Shown here: in pieces, positions 10,601-24,670 of the stretch
How the letters are laid out: every line of letters begins with the position of its first letter
Numbering within the stretch: the stretch's first letter is position 1
Source of the DNA: Thermodesulfobacteriota bacterium
Lineage (GTDB): Bacteria > Desulfobacterota > Desulfobacteria > Desulfobacterales > SURF-7
Direction: 5' to 3'
Assembly: GCA_049320885.1 (NCBI GenBank)
Contig: JBMORA010000025.1
Coordinates: 1 to 64,000, forward strand
DNA length: 64,000 nt
The notes under the pieces: generated by a model
What the model was told of the DNA's origin: nothing
What the model saw: the letters and a program-made list of their open reading frames with translations, nothing else
The model's database searches: none
Translations under genes and position numbers: made by a program

Positions 10601-11207
10601 ATACCGCGATGGTATGATCGAAGGCCAGGGACTGGATCTGGGAGTATATCGTCGATATTTTTACGGAAATATATTCAATTTCCGGATTGCGCAGGTCATC
10701 GGCGTAGGTGGCAAGCCGCGACAGGGCTTCGGCCTCGCCCAGGACCGCCTCGCCCAGATGATTGATATTCATCCGCACGCCCTGCTTTTTCCGTTTCCGC
10801 AGGTGGGCGTGCAGCACATCCGGCTCGCCGGGAATGATGGCGCGGCTGCTGTCATGCCGCATTTTTCCGATCACTTTCGGAACCGTGAAGTTTGGGATAT
10901 GCCGGCCGACGCTGAGAAACATCTGCACCAGCAATTTCTCCACCGAGGAGAAGAAATCCGGAACGCCGTATTCCTGGAGCAGGTGGCTGATCTGGTCCGC
11001 CACCCGGCCGGCGTCCTCGGACCGGAAGCTCTGGTCGATCATCCGGGTCAACACCACCTTGTCCATGGGATGGGTCAACAGGCGCACCATCTGTTCCTGA
11101 ATGCCCCTTTCCTCGGATGTCAGCAACTGGTTGGCCCGCTCCTGCCATCTGGCCGCCAGGTCGATGGCTTCCTCCACCAGGCGGTTTTCCTCCCCGGATT
11201 GGTTCAT
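7605..11207 (-). CDS. putA: Bifunctional proline dehydrogenase / P5C dehydrogenase
   Basis: NLDMEEY, VLQAYLPD, RIVKGAN, FEMLEGM, YLIRRLDEN (PRODH); PWNFP, FTGG, ETGGKN, GQKCSA, EFFGP (ALDH). Confidence 0.97.
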   Translation of the reverse strand: MNQSGEENRLVEEAIDLAARWQERANQLLTSEERGIQEQMVRLLTHPMDKVVLTRMIDQSFRSEDAGRVADQISHLLQEYGVPDFFSSVEKLLVQMFLSVGRHIPNFTVPKVIGKMRHDSSRAIIPGEPDVLHAHLRKRKKQGVRMNINHLGEAVLGEAEALSRLATYADDLRNPEIEYISVKISTIYSQIQSLAFDHTIAVLKERLGLLYQTARENRFIRPNGTAVPKFVNLDMEEYRDLEITAAAFLATLEEPQFRDHSAGIVLQAYLPDSHAMQQTITAWAKKRVAAGGSPIRIRIVKGANMEMEMVEAAIQNWPLATYDRKLLVDANYKRMVHFGMRPENCAAVHLGIASHNLFELAYAFVLARQNNLEGCFSFEMLEGMADHIRRAICETTEGMVMYAPVATREQFISAIAYLIRRLDENTAPENFLRYAAGLKTGTKEWDFLKEQFAQSVAFRDKPTSSPYRIQNRLTESFPEEMGPLHYRRFENEPDTDWSLSGNRKWAEGIRETWKKNPGASPLDIPLVIGGREIMADRRIRECLDPSQLPEKVCIARFALANDDDIEQAVATAGHDPDGWRRMAPAERRRLMAKAAMALRKARGDLIGAAMANTGKVMTEADVEVSEAVDFVEYYPYSADALVRRDGVRGTGRGVGLVIAPWNFPIAIPCGGIAAALAAGNTVLFKPSSDAVLVAHRLCRCFWDAGISGNVLQFLPCEGPGAGARLAQHRDVDFIIFTGGTDTGLGLLRGNPAAYLAAETGGKNATIVTAMSDRDQAIKNVVHSAFSNSGQKCSATSLLILEKEVYEDGKFAEQLADAARSMKTGSVWRFENKIGPLIRPPGTDLLRALTTLEPGESWLLQPENIHDNPHLWTPGIKWGVRPGSHTHRTEFFGPLLGVMCAENLAQAVALANQTGYGLTSGLESLDEREQRFWEAGIEAGNLYINRGTTGAMVLRQPFGGMKKSAIGAGIKAGGPNYVAQFMHISDDGFPAVGPIRTDGPLLRLAADWRRKNHWGQFPGQREDLRKTLHAVESYLFWMEQEFGQTTDYFHLRGQDNFIRYLPAGRVMVRLHPDDSFFDALARIAAARISGCRTFISVPAGMHNATTRFLESHEGRRLTEGSALHVQTDAEVAARLSEVDRIRYAAPERVPVAVSAAAAAAGFYIARAPVRMDGRIELIHYFREQCVCRNYHRYGNLGERGM

Positions 11208-11288
11208 GCGCCCTCCTTTGTCAGGTTTTACCCCTACCCGTCGGCCGGTCGAACGGTTTAACCGCTATGCCTGAAAATAAATTCGCCT

Positions 11289-11331
11289 CCCATCCTCCAT
11301 TCGTAATTCGTAATTCGTAATTTTGAATTCC
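11289..11331 (-). repeat. Heptamer array, family 1 (GAATTAC-type), immediately after the ppdK stop
   Basis: Minus strand: GAATTCA AAATTAC GAATTAC GAATTAC GAATGGA GGATGGG. Confidence 0.9.
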
Positions 11332-14061
<2,730 letters not shown>

Positions 14062-14176
14062 TCGAAAAATCCTCCATTCATAAAAATCGCCCCCGCGTCC
14101 TCGGACGGGAGGTCATGGGAAATCCCCGGGGGGATTGTTATTTGATTGAACCGGATGCGCATGGCTGCCGACAGCA

Positions 14177-15343
14177 TCATCCCGCCGTTTCGTCTCTTTC
14201 CAGATCGACATGGAAGACAAAGGTCGTGCCCTTCCCCGTCTCGGTCGCCACCTGGATTTTCCCGCCCATCAATTCGATGAGCCTTCCGGCGTTGACCAGG
14301 CCCAAGCCGAGGCCGCCATGGGCGCGGGTGTAGGAATCGTCCACCTGGAAAAACGGTGTAAACAAACGGTCCAGTTTTTGTTGCGGAATGCCGATGCCGC
14401 TGTCGCTGATCACAAACTGGCAGCGCACCGCCCCGCTGTCCGTTTCCGTTCCGGCAAGGTGAATCCTCACTTGTCCCCGGGAGGTGAATTTGACCGCATT
14501 GCCCGCCAGATAGATCAGGGCCTGTCTCAATTCCCGCGGATATCCCCACAGGGCCGCGGGCACCTGCGGATCCACTTCGTAAACCAACTGGAGATTCTTG
14601 ACCCTGGCGTTGGTGCTGAGCGCATCATACATTTCCTTCAGAATGGCCCGCAGGTCCACCTTTCTGCGGGCCGGCGACAGCTGACCGGCCTCCATCTGAC
14701 AGAATGTCAGGATATCATCGATGATGGCGAGCTGCGCTTTGGCCGAAGCGGCGATAATTCCAGCGAGTTCCCGCTGCTCCTCGTTCAGCGGCGTATCCAG
14801 AAGCAGGCTGTTCATGCCGATGATTCCGTTCATGGGGGTTTTGAGCTCATGGCTGACGTTGGATAAAAACCGGCTTTTGGCTTCGCTGGCCGCTTCGGCG
14901 GCGATTTTCGCCTGTTCCAGCGCCGCCGTCCGTTCCCTGACGAGTTCCTCCAGATGATCCCGATGGCGCTTCAGGTCCAGATGCGTTTTGACCCTTGCCC
15001 GGACGATCTGGGGGTTGAACGGTTTGACGATGTAATCCACGGCGCCGACCTCGAAACCCAGGGCCTCATCCTTGGTTTCATCCATGCTGGTGATGAAAAT
15101 CACCGGGATATGGCGGGTCGCTTCGTCGGCCTTCAATTTCCGGCAGACATCATAGCCGTCCATCCCGGGCATCATGATGTCCAGCAAGATCAGATCCGGA
15201 AGATGGGCCGTTATCAGGCCGAGGGCCTCCCCTCCGTTCAAGGCGAAACGGATGTCGTATTCGGTCTGGAGGGTTTCCCCCAGCACCTTGATGTTCGTCG
15301 GGCTGTCATCGACGATGAAAAGACTCGGATGGTCTGTCTTCAT
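14177..15343 (-). CDS. Hybrid response regulator / histidine kinase (REC-HisKA-HATPase)
   Basis: IVDD, LLDIMMP, KPF; SHELKTP H-box; GNAVKFT, DSGIG, GLGLGL. Confidence 0.93.
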   Translation of the reverse strand: MKTDHPSLFIVDDSPTNIKVLGETLQTEYDIRFALNGGEALGLITAHLPDLILLDIMMPGMDGYDVCRKLKADEATRHIPVIFITSMDETKDEALGFEVGAVDYIVKPFNPQIVRARVKTHLDLKRHRDHLEELVRERTAALEQAKIAAEAASEAKSRFLSNVSHELKTPMNGIIGMNSLLLDTPLNEEQRELAGIIAASAKAQLAIIDDILTFCQMEAGQLSPARRKVDLRAILKEMYDALSTNARVKNLQLVYEVDPQVPAALWGYPRELRQALIYLAGNAVKFTSRGQVRIHLAGTETDSGAVRCQFVISDSGIGIPQQKLDRLFTPFFQVDDSYTRAHGGLGLGLVNAGRLIELMGGKIQVATETGKGTTFVFHVDLERDETAG

Positions 15344-15359
15344 GGCTGCCTTGACACCT

Positions 15360-15593
15360 TCATGGTTGCGGGATCGGCTCCGGCGGGTTCGGCGGCAGGG
15401 GCATCCAATGGGTGGCATTGGCGATCTCCTGGCCGCCCGGAAGCCAGCAGGAACGCAGCCCGTCCGAATCATCGGCCAGGGTTTTGATCGCCATGGCGCC
15501 CCAATCTCCGCCTCCGAAAAAAACCAGCACTTTTTCATTGGGCGGCGGCAGTTTGTCCCTGATGCTGATCCACTCCATGATGAAATAGTCCAT
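15360..15593 (-). CDS. Small DUF551-like protein
   Basis: WISIRDKLP...VLV...THWMPLP signature; start 15593 or 15578. Confidence 0.75.
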   Translation of the reverse strand: MDYFIMEWISIRDKLPPPNEKVLVFFGGGDWGAMAIKTLADDSDGLRSCWLPGGQEIANATHWMPLPPNPPEPIPQP

Positions 15594-15824
15594 CAGGTTT
15601 TCCACTCCTTTTTCATCGGCCTCGTGCCGTCCGGTCATTCCATTCCACCGTCTTTAGACGGATTTTTTCTTGATAGCAGCATTGAATGACAGGTTCAAGA
15701 TTTTTCACGATAAGGGCATGCCATGCCCGACAGAAACCATGGAAGGCCATTTCGGTCTTGATGTTTGCCGCATAATTTCATAAAAGCGCTGTAACCCTTC
15801 GCTGTCAAGGGGTGCATCCGGTTT

Positions 15825-15884
15825 GAAAACCGGGTCGAAAACCAGATTGGAAACCAGATGTAATATCGGATGTAATATCGGACA
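15825..15884 (+). repeat. Five drifting 12-bp tandem units in an intergenic region
   Basis: GAAAACCGGGTC GAAAACCAGATT GGAAACCAGATG TAATATCGGATG TAATATCGGACA. Confidence 0.7.
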
Positions 15885-15948
15885 AATCCCGGGCCGCGCC
15901 GCTGCCCGCGGATGACGGGCGGCAATTCATCCGCTGGGAGGATACCCC

Positions 15949-16887
15949 TTGGGCCATCTCGAAAAATTCATTCCCCTTGCAACCCCGCCGGCGGTTCTGT
16001 ATTGGTATGCGACCCCCGGGGAGCTGACGGCCATCTTGAACGGGAAGGCCCTCGCCGCCCCCGATATCCGGTATCTCAACGACAACATGGAACTCACCTA
16101 TCTGACCGAAATCGTCCTGGGGGAGATCCATGGCATCACGGCGGACAGCCGCACCGCGGATCCTGATCCCGACCCCCGGGAGGAGGCCTCCGGATCGACG
16201 GCCGGATCGGCCGGGGAAACCGATGGCCGGCGTGAATCCGTTCTGCGGGAAATCGTCAACCGCCTGACCAACGTGCGATATTATCATCTGTTTGCCTGTT
16301 ATCTGTTCGCGGAGGGAGATTCATTCGCCAACTGGCGGATCGGCGGTCCGGATGAGAAGCGGTACAGTCTTGGATTCGACAGCGGCAGGATCATCCGTCT
16401 GGCCGGATTGTCGCATTTCAAGCTCGTCAAATGCATCTTCGACGAAGCGCAGCAACGGCGGATCATCCGCGACCTGTTGACGGAGTCCATCCGGGAGATA
16501 TTGCTTGTTCCCGCCGAGGCACCGGACCTGATGCTCCGCATTCACAATGTCGCCGATGAATTCCTGCTGAATTGCATCCAGTGCAGCGCTCTTTTCAAAC
16601 ACCCGGCCGCCTTCGAGGGAATTGTCTGGTGCCTCTTATCCATGCCGGCGGCCCTTCCCACTGCCGCCGCCCCGCTGCGGTTTCGTGATGTCAACGGGTT
16701 GCTTGCCCCCTATCTGGAAATCAAGCTGACCGCGCATCAGGACCAGGTTTTCCCGCTGGTCCGCCTGATTGTCGGACCGACGCCCCATGTTGAATTGGCG
16801 GCTGATTCCCTGGAGTTGCTCCTGGCTTCCCAAGGGCTCCAGGGATGTCTGGTGGAGGGCTCGCGGGGACCATATAAACGGTTTTAA
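15949..16887 (+). CDS. DUF2971-like protein (degenerate motifs)
   Basis: LYWY...IRYLND..E, GD....WR, Y.LGFD, FKHPA, C-terminal PY.EI...I.VGPTPH; TTG start with GGAGG RBS. Confidence 0.65.
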   Translation: MGHLEKFIPLATPPAVLYWYATPGELTAILNGKALAAPDIRYLNDNMELTYLTEIVLGEIHGITADSRTADPDPDPREEASGSTAGSAGETDGRRESVLREIVNRLTNVRYYHLFACYLFAEGDSFANWRIGGPDEKRYSLGFDSGRIIRLAGLSHFKLVKCIFDEAQQRRIIRDLLTESIREILLVPAEAPDLMLRIHNVADEFLLNCIQCSALFKHPAAFEGIVWCLLSMPAALPTAAAPLRFRDVNGLLAPYLEIKLTAHQDQVFPLVRLIVGPTPHVELAADSLELLLASQGLQGCLVEGSRGPYKRF

Positions 16888-16992
16888 CAGGAGGATCGGC
16901 CGGAAAGGATCGTGACCGGGTCAAACCATATCGATGGAGGGATCATCGGGAATCAGGCGGCAGGCCGGCCGGAAAACACGGAGGAGCAAGGC

Positions 16993-17352
16993 ATGAATCG
17001 ACAACAGGCGGTAATGGCGTATGCCCAGGGGGATAAAATCAAAGCCGGGATCATCTGGGTTTCCCAGGCGGCGGAGCAGGCCGCGGGGTTGGAACTTCCG
17101 GAGAGGAAAGGCGCCGAGGCCCTGATCCAGTCGCTGCTGCATATGATCGCCCATGAAATCCATCTGGCTTCCAGGCTGTCCCCCCATCCGGCATGGCAAA
17201 AAGCCGCCGGCAGCCTGGATATGGCCATCGTCATGACCAGATCGGGGGTGATCCGCGAGGCCTCCTTTCATCTTACCCAGGCCCTCACCCAGGTCACCAC
17301 CGTGGCCCAGCAGGCCATGACGCTGCTGCACCAGGAAGGTCTTCTCACCTGA
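16993..17352 (+). CDS. Hypothetical all-helical protein
   Basis: GAGGAG RBS before ATG; 119-aa ORF ending convergent on the next gene. Confidence 0.75.
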   Translation: MNRQQAVMAYAQGDKIKAGIIWVSQAAEQAAGLELPERKGAEALIQSLLHMIAHEIHLASRLSPHPAWQKAAGSLDMAIVMTRSGVIREASFHLTQALTQVTTVAQQAMTLLHQEGLLT

Positions 17353-18193
17353 TTTCCTTGATCAGCTTCGCCAATTTGCCCTTATCGATGGGCTTTACCA
17401 GGTATCCATCGCATTGCTCCCGGAACGCCTGCATGACGTTGTTTTTGTCGCCCAGGGCGGTGGTCATGATGATTTTGACCCCGTCGAGGCCCTTGATCCC
17501 GGCCTTGCTCTCCAGCCGCCGGATTTCCTTGAGCACTTCCTGCCCGTTCATTTCCGGCATCATGACGTCCAGCAGAATCAGGTCATACAGTTGCCCACTG
17601 TCCAAAGCGAGCCGGAACGCCTGCACCGCTTCCCGGCCGTCCACGGCGATGTGGCAATCGCCATAGGCGGACATCATTTTCTGCAGCATCAGGCGTCCGG
17701 TGAAATCATCCTCGACGATCAGGACTTTCATGGTGGAACGCTTGCCGTCATTCCCGTCCGAAGCGACCTGCAATCCCGTGGGCCCGGCAGGCCTTTCCGG
17801 TGCTTCCGCTTCCATATCACCGATATTGTCAATGACCTGTTCCAGCCAGTCCTTGACCGAAAGCAGGAATTCGGTGGGGCATCGGCCGCCCCGAATCAGT
17901 TCCTCCAGGGCATCCTCCGCCCGATGAAACACATCGGAAATGGCCGGAAAACCGACAACGGCGGCATCCCCCTTGACCGTATGCAACATCCGTTTGATTT
18001 TCCCGAGGGAATCATCGTCATCCTGCCCGGCCTCGATCTGCAGGGCGGTGGTTTCCAGCCGCGCCAGCATTTCTTTCCAGGAAAGGACGAAATCGCGGAT
18101 AAATTCGGTTTTCGCGTCTTTCGGCAACAGGGTTTTCCGCGGGTCCGGGAAGAGGAAAGCGGCCGTCTTCAGGGACATATCCTGGTCTTTCAT
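17345..18193 (-). CDS. Hpt domain + receiver domain protein
   Basis: RMLHTVKGDA (CheA-like Hpt His); VLIVEDD, LLDVMMP, KPID. Confidence 0.9.
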   Translation of the reverse strand: MKDQDMSLKTAAFLFPDPRKTLLPKDAKTEFIRDFVLSWKEMLARLETTALQIEAGQDDDDSLGKIKRMLHTVKGDAAVVGFPAISDVFHRAEDALEELIRGGRCPTEFLLSVKDWLEQVIDNIGDMEAEAPERPAGPTGLQVASDGNDGKRSTMKVLIVEDDFTGRLMLQKMMSAYGDCHIAVDGREAVQAFRLALDSGQLYDLILLDVMMPEMNGQEVLKEIRRLESKAGIKGLDGVKIIMTTALGDKNNVMQAFREQCDGYLVKPIDKGKLAKLIKEIR

Positions 18194-18203
18194 GGTGCTC
18201 CTT

Positions 18204-20993
18204 TCATTTTTTCCCGATCATTTCCGCCTTGAGCAATTCAAACTGGCTTTCCAGTTCGGGAAGCAAATGATTGATTTCACTAATGGAATTATTTTCTCCA
18301 GCCGCCTCCATGGCGGCGGCGGCGCGTTGGAGGGCCTTTGCGGCCACATTCGCCGCGGCCCCCTTGATCTTGTGACAGTGAAACATGGCTTTGACAATGT
18401 CTTTGCGCTCGATATGGGTTTTCAGGCGCTTGAGCTGCTGATGAACATCCATCAAGAACCCCATCATCACCGTCCTGGCCAGCTCCTCATCGCCCATGAT
18501 CCGTTCCATGAACATTTCCCGGTCGAAAACCATGCGGGTATTTTCATCGGCGCCGCTCTTGTCAAGGACCATGGTCCAGTCTTCCGTCAGGTCAAGCAGT
18601 TGAGAAACCTTCAGCCACTTGACCAGGGTCTTTTCCAAATCCTCCCGCGAAACCGGTTTGGCGAGGTAATCATCCATGCCCGCTTCCAGACATTTTTCCC
18701 GGTAATCCAACACGGCATGGGCCGTCATGGCCACGATGGGAACATTCGGGTCCGTGGCGTGCCCGTTCCCGGAACGTATCCGCCGGGTCACCTCAAAACC
18801 GTCCATTTCCGGCATCCGGCAGTCCATCAGGACCAGATCATAGGGAACCCGCTCGATGGATTCCAGGGCTTGCCGGCCGGTTGCGGCGAGTTCCACGCGA
18901 TACCCCATTTTCCGGATCATGGCCTGGGATACCATCTGATTGGTGGCATCATCTTCCACCAGCAGGATGCGCAGCCGCTGTTTGAGGGATTCCTCCACCG
19001 TATGGCGCGTGACGATTTTCCCGACCGGTTTTGTTCCCGCTCCCTTCGACCGCCCCACCACCAGCTCCAGGCATTCCCGGAACTGGGAAGGCCGGACGGG
19101 TTTGGTCAGGTAACCGGCGAAACCGATGCGCTCGAACAGACGGGCCTCCCCGCGCTCCCCCAGGGAGGTCATCAAAATCAGGACCGTTTCCCGGATTTCC
19201 GCGGAGGACTTGATCGCCCGTCCCAGGGCCTCCCCGTCCATCCCCGGCATGTGTTTGTCCACAACGGCCACCGCGAAGGGATGGCCGACGTTCGCCGCCT
19301 GTCTCAGCATCGTAAGGGCCATGTCGCCGCCGGAAGCCTCCCCGCACCGGCACCCCCAGGCTTCCAGCAGGGTTCTGACAAGTTCACGGCTGGTGTCGTT
19401 GTCATCCACCACCAGCACATTCATGTCCACAAGCTCGCCCCGGTCCTGCGCCGCCGGGATTTCCGTCTCCGGCCGGCAATCGAAAACGGCCGTGAACCAG
19501 AAGGTGGCCCCCTTGCCCGCCCGGCTCGAAAAACCGATACGGCCGCCCATCAGGGCGGCCAGCTGCTTGCAGATGGCCAGGCCCAACCCGGTTCCACCGT
19601 ACTTCCGGCTGGTGGAGCCGTCCGCCTGGGAAAACGGCGAAAACAGAAGGGCGGCCTTGTCTTCCGGAATTCCGATACCCGTGTCGGCAACCTCGAACCG
19701 CAGTTGGGCCTTGCCGCCTTCCTCGGATACCAGTTTCACCCGGACGACCACCTCCCCCTGCGGGGTGAATTTGACGGCGTTGCCCGCCAGATTGACCACC
19801 ACCTGGCGCAGGCGCCCCGGATCGCCGCGCAGGAGGGCCGGGACCCGGGGATCCACCACGCAGACCAGTTCCAGTCCCTTGGCCTGGGCCTGCTCGGCGA
19901 TGATCCCCACCGCGTCCTCCATGGTCAACCGCAGATCGAAATCCAGATATTCCAGTTCCAGCTTGCGGGCCTCGATTTTGGCCAGATCCAGGATATCGGT
20001 GACGAGATTCAGCAGGGCCTTTCCGGCGGATTGCAGCACTTCGGTATATTCACGCTGTTCCGGGGTCAGCCGGGTATTCATCAGCAGACCGGTCATGCCG
20101 ATCACACCGTTCAGCGGCGTCCGGAACTCATGGCTCATATTGGTCAGGAATTCCGTCTTGGCGGCATTGGCCTTTGCCGCCTGGTCCACCGCCGCCTGCA
20201 AACGGGTGTTGACCTCCAGGAGTTTCTCCTCGGACAACCTGCGCTCCAGCAGATAGGCCTTGACCCGTTTCTGGAAAAACCACAACCCCCAGAGACCCAA
20301 TACCCAGATCACCCCATACCGGACGGCGGCGTTTCGCATATGCTCCGTCACATATTTCTCATAAGGTCCCCAGGGGATTGAAACACTGATGCCGCCGCGG
20401 ATGTCGCCGACCTGGTAGCCCTGGGTCACGTGGCATGTCAGGCACCCTTTTTCGGTGATCAGGGGACGCATGAAGCGGAAATACGATTCGCCGCCGACAG
20501 TTCCCAGACCGGCGGCTTCCGGGTTCCCTTCCCCGAAGGATTCCAGCGCCGCCTTTTCCCAGGCATCCGGCGCGTTTTCCGGTCTTACGGGCCTCAGGCT
20601 GGTGATATGTCCCTTTATGCCCGATTCCCGTTCGCCCAGCTCGTGAACCTTGCGGGTCATGTAAGCGGGATTCATCAGCGTCAACAGTTTCCCGGACGGG
20701 GTGAGCAGATCTCTTTCGGGAATACCTTGGAGATAGGGATTGGGAGGGGTTTCCTCGCTGCCGGGGACATACACACCGCCATGGGCCGTCGCCCACCTGC
20801 GATACAATAGATTCATATTGAAGACTTCACGGGCCTGGACAAGGGCGACCTCCATGACACCGCGCCGCACGCTCCGGTAGTTCTCCCAGACAAGGGCCAT
20901 GAAGAGCAATGTCCAAATCAGCAAGGCCGGAACAAGCAGCCGTCCCAACCGGCTGTCCGCCCTCGCAACCTTCGGCTCCCGTGCGCCCATCAT
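18204..20993 (-). CDS. Membrane hybrid histidine kinase: periplasmic CxxCH (DUF3365/Tll0287-like) sensor, HisKA, HATPase, 2 REC, Hpt
   Basis: Two TM segments, [21 protein letters not shown], two [10 protein letters not shown]. Start 20993 has a GGAGG RBS; the ORF-track start at 21020 lies in the repeat tail. Confidence 0.93.
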   Translation of the reverse strand: MMGAREPKVARADSRLGRLLVPALLIWTLLFMALVWENYRSVRRGVMEVALVQAREVFNMNLLYRRWATAHGGVYVPGSEETPPNPYLQGIPERDLLTPSGKLLTLMNPAYMTRKVHELGERESGIKGHITSLRPVRPENAPDAWEKAALESFGEGNPEAAGLGTVGGESYFRFMRPLITEKGCLTCHVTQGYQVGDIRGGISVSIPWGPYEKYVTEHMRNAAVRYGVIWVLGLWGLWFFQKRVKAYLLERRLSEEKLLEVNTRLQAAVDQAAKANAAKTEFLTNMSHEFRTPLNGVIGMTGLLMNTRLTPEQREYTEVLQSAGKALLNLVTDILDLAKIEARKLELEYLDFDLRLTMEDAVGIIAEQAQAKGLELVCVVDPRVPALLRGDPGRLRQVVVNLAGNAVKFTPQGEVVVRVKLVSEEGGKAQLRFEVADTGIGIPEDKAALLFSPFSQADGSTSRKYGGTGLGLAICKQLAALMGGRIGFSSRAGKGATFWFTAVFDCRPETEIPAAQDRGELVDMNVLVVDDNDTSRELVRTLLEAWGCRCGEASGGDMALTMLRQAANVGHPFAVAVVDKHMPGMDGEALGRAIKSSAEIRETVLILMTSLGERGEARLFERIGFAGYLTKPVRPSQFRECLELVVGRSKGAGTKPVGKIVTRHTVEESLKQRLRILLVEDDATNQMVSQAMIRKMGYRVELAATGRQALESIERVPYDLVLMDCRMPEMDGFEVTRRIRSGNGHATDPNVPIVAMTAHAVLDYREKCLEAGMDDYLAKPVSREDLEKTLVKWLKVSQLLDLTEDWTMVLDKSGADENTRMVFDREMFMERIMGDEELARTVMMGFLMDVHQQLKRLKTHIERKDIVKAMFHCHKIKGAAANVAAKALQRAAAAMEAAGENNSISEINHLLPELESQFELLKAEMIGKK

Positions 20994-21010
20994 CCCGCTC
21001 CCCTCCGTCC

Positions 21011-22578
<1,568 letters not shown>

Positions 22579-22967
22579 GGCTTTCTCCTAAAACAGCGAT
22601 GATTTTCGTTCGGATTTCTTCCGGCGTAAAAGGCTTTTTCAGATAGCCGGCAGCGCCACCGGCAAGGAATTCATCCACCATCCGGCTGCTGCCCTCGGTG
22701 GTGATCACCAGCACCGGCACCGCCTGCAGCACCTCGTCTTTTTTCATTGCCGCGATCAGTTCCATGCCGTTCATACTGGGCATATTGTAATCCGTCACCA
22801 CCAGATCCAGCCAGTTTTGCCGGAGGATTTGAAGGGCCTCCGCACCATTGCCGGCCTCGAAAAACCGGCTGTCGCCGTATCCGGATGCCTTGATGGTCTT
22901 TCGAATCACCGATCGCATGGGCGGTGAATCATCCACAATCAGAATCGTATGGGCCATGACGCATTCC

Positions 22968-23831
22968 TCATGTTGCGGTTTTGGAGGTTGTCCCCAGCAT
23001 GTTGTCGATTTCGTTCAGGCGCTCACCGAAATCGGCGATGATGAGCTGGACATCCCGGGGGGTGATCTCCAGTCTGTCGAGCACTTCCCGGTAAAAGCGA
23101 TAGGCCAGCCCGTCGGCGCCCACTCCGATGCCCATCATCAGACAGATGGTTTCAGCCACATAGACCAGCATGGCGCCATCGGCCGCCTCTCCGGCCTCCA
23201 GCGGTTGATGGTGATGGCGGATCATGGCGATCATCGGCGGAGAAAAATTCCACTGGCGGGCGATCAGACCACCCAATTCCGCATGGTCCATGCCGATGAC
23301 CTCCTTTTCCGCCTCCCGGAAGCTGAACCCATTCTCCGCCACCAGCCGGTTGATGCGGATGAAATCCTCATGCACATAGCGATCGATCAGGACCTTGCCG
23401 ATATCCTTGAGCAGGGCGGAAGTGAAAATCAGATGGGTCCTCGTCGATTTCTTGGACTCCGCCAGCATCCTGGCCATCAGGGCCGAAGCCGCGGAATGCC
23501 GCCACAATTCGCCGCGCTCCAGTTCATACCCCGGTTGGGGCTTTTCCAGCCGGCTCCTTCCGCATTGCAGCATAAGCAGATCCACCACTTTATGCAACCC
23601 CAGATAGGTCACGGCGTCCTGCACCGACTCGATGTGCCGGGTGAGTCCCATATAGGCGGAATTGCAGAGCCGCAGCAGTTCGGCGGAAATCATCGGATCA
23701 TATGAAATCAGGTCGGCGATCCCCTGAAGAGAGGCCTTGTCGGACTCGATCAACTCCATGCACTGCAGGGCGATGCGGGGAATGGGCGAAAGCCGCTTGA
23801 TATCCGCCATCAGGTCCTGAATCGCTGTCAT
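22968..23831 (-). CDS. HDOD domain protein
   Basis: DP...A.LLRLCNSA, LWRHS, LLKDIGK, DHAELG...A..WNF, IRHHH. Confidence 0.92.
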   Translation of the reverse strand: MTAIQDLMADIKRLSPIPRIALQCMELIESDKASLQGIADLISYDPMISAELLRLCNSAYMGLTRHIESVQDAVTYLGLHKVVDLLMLQCGRSRLEKPQPGYELERGELWRHSAASALMARMLAESKKSTRTHLIFTSALLKDIGKVLIDRYVHEDFIRINRLVAENGFSFREAEKEVIGMDHAELGGLIARQWNFSPPMIAMIRHHHQPLEAGEAADGAMLVYVAETICLMMGIGVGADGLAYRFYREVLDRLEITPRDVQLIIADFGERLNEIDNMLGTTSKTAT

Positions 23832-24307
23832 CGCGTTATTTCTCCCTGGCCGGAAATCTTGATATGGATCTCACCGGTTGCCATGCAGACCCTGACGGTG
23901 CGATTCACGGTGCCGCCGATGTCTTCATGATCCACGAGCACATTGTTGCGGAAAAAGATTTTGCGCATGGCCGTGTGGTTGCGCTTGCCGATGTTGAAAA
24001 AACCGTTCTGGTCCAGCACCTGGGAACCGCCGGCCGCCACCACTTTCATGCGCTGCTTTTTGGCGCCGAGCTGATAGGCGGCCTTGAACAGGGCCGGAAT
24101 GCCCGTGTCCGCGAACATGAAGGGATTTTTCCGGGATTTTTCCGGATCCAGCTCGGATTCCGGCAGCATGTAATGGAGCAACCCACCCACCCGGGCCACC
24201 GGGTCGAAAACGGCGATGCCGATGCAGGAACCCAGGGAATAGGTGATGATGGTCTCCTCCGGGTTGTTGCTGACTTTCATGTCCGATACGCCGACAATGA
24301 TGTTCAC
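23828..24307 (-). CDS. cheD: Chemoreceptor glutamine deamidase
   Basis: LGSCIG, GGLLHYMLP, FADTG, NIGKRN, DIGG; GTG start. Confidence 0.95.
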   Translation of the reverse strand: MNIIVGVSDMKVSNNPEETIITYSLGSCIGIAVFDPVARVGGLLHYMLPESELDPEKSRKNPFMFADTGIPALFKAAYQLGAKKQRMKVVAAGGSQVLDQNGFFNIGKRNHTAMRKIFFRNNVLVDHEDIGGTVNRTVRVCMATGEIHIKISGQGEITR

Positions 24308-24364
24308 ACCGTCACACTCCCTGGTGGAATACGAAAAACCGAAGAATTGCCCAAACGCAACGGC

Positions 24365-24670
24365 TCAAAACGGGAACACATGAAACGGTACACGGTCCAT
24401 CCTGTTTTTTGCCGAGGGTTTCGGCGTTCGCCCGCCTTCCATTTTCATCTTCCTCGCCGGCGGATAATGGGGCGGCACTTCGCTGACGAACATCTCCATG
24501 GCCGTCACTTTTTCCCGCAACTCTTCGGCAGGCTGCCCCCAACCCCAGATTCCCGCATCCATGGAAGACGGCCGCTGCTGTCCCGTCGGACCGAAGGCAG
24601 CCCCCCCATGCTTCTTTTCCTGAATCCCGTTGATCATTGCACTCCATCCATGATTGTTTTCAGTGTTCAC
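24365..24670 (-). CDS. Possible small hypothetical protein between cheA and cheD (frame uncertain)
   Basis: Two overlapping ORFs of about 100 aa fill the gap; neither has recognisable motifs. Confidence 0.3.
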   Translation of the reverse strand: MNTENNHGWSAMINGIQEKKHGGAAFGPTGQQRPSSMDAGIWGWGQPAEELREKVTAMEMFVSEVPPHYPPARKMKMEGGRTPKPSAKNRMDRVPFHVFPF

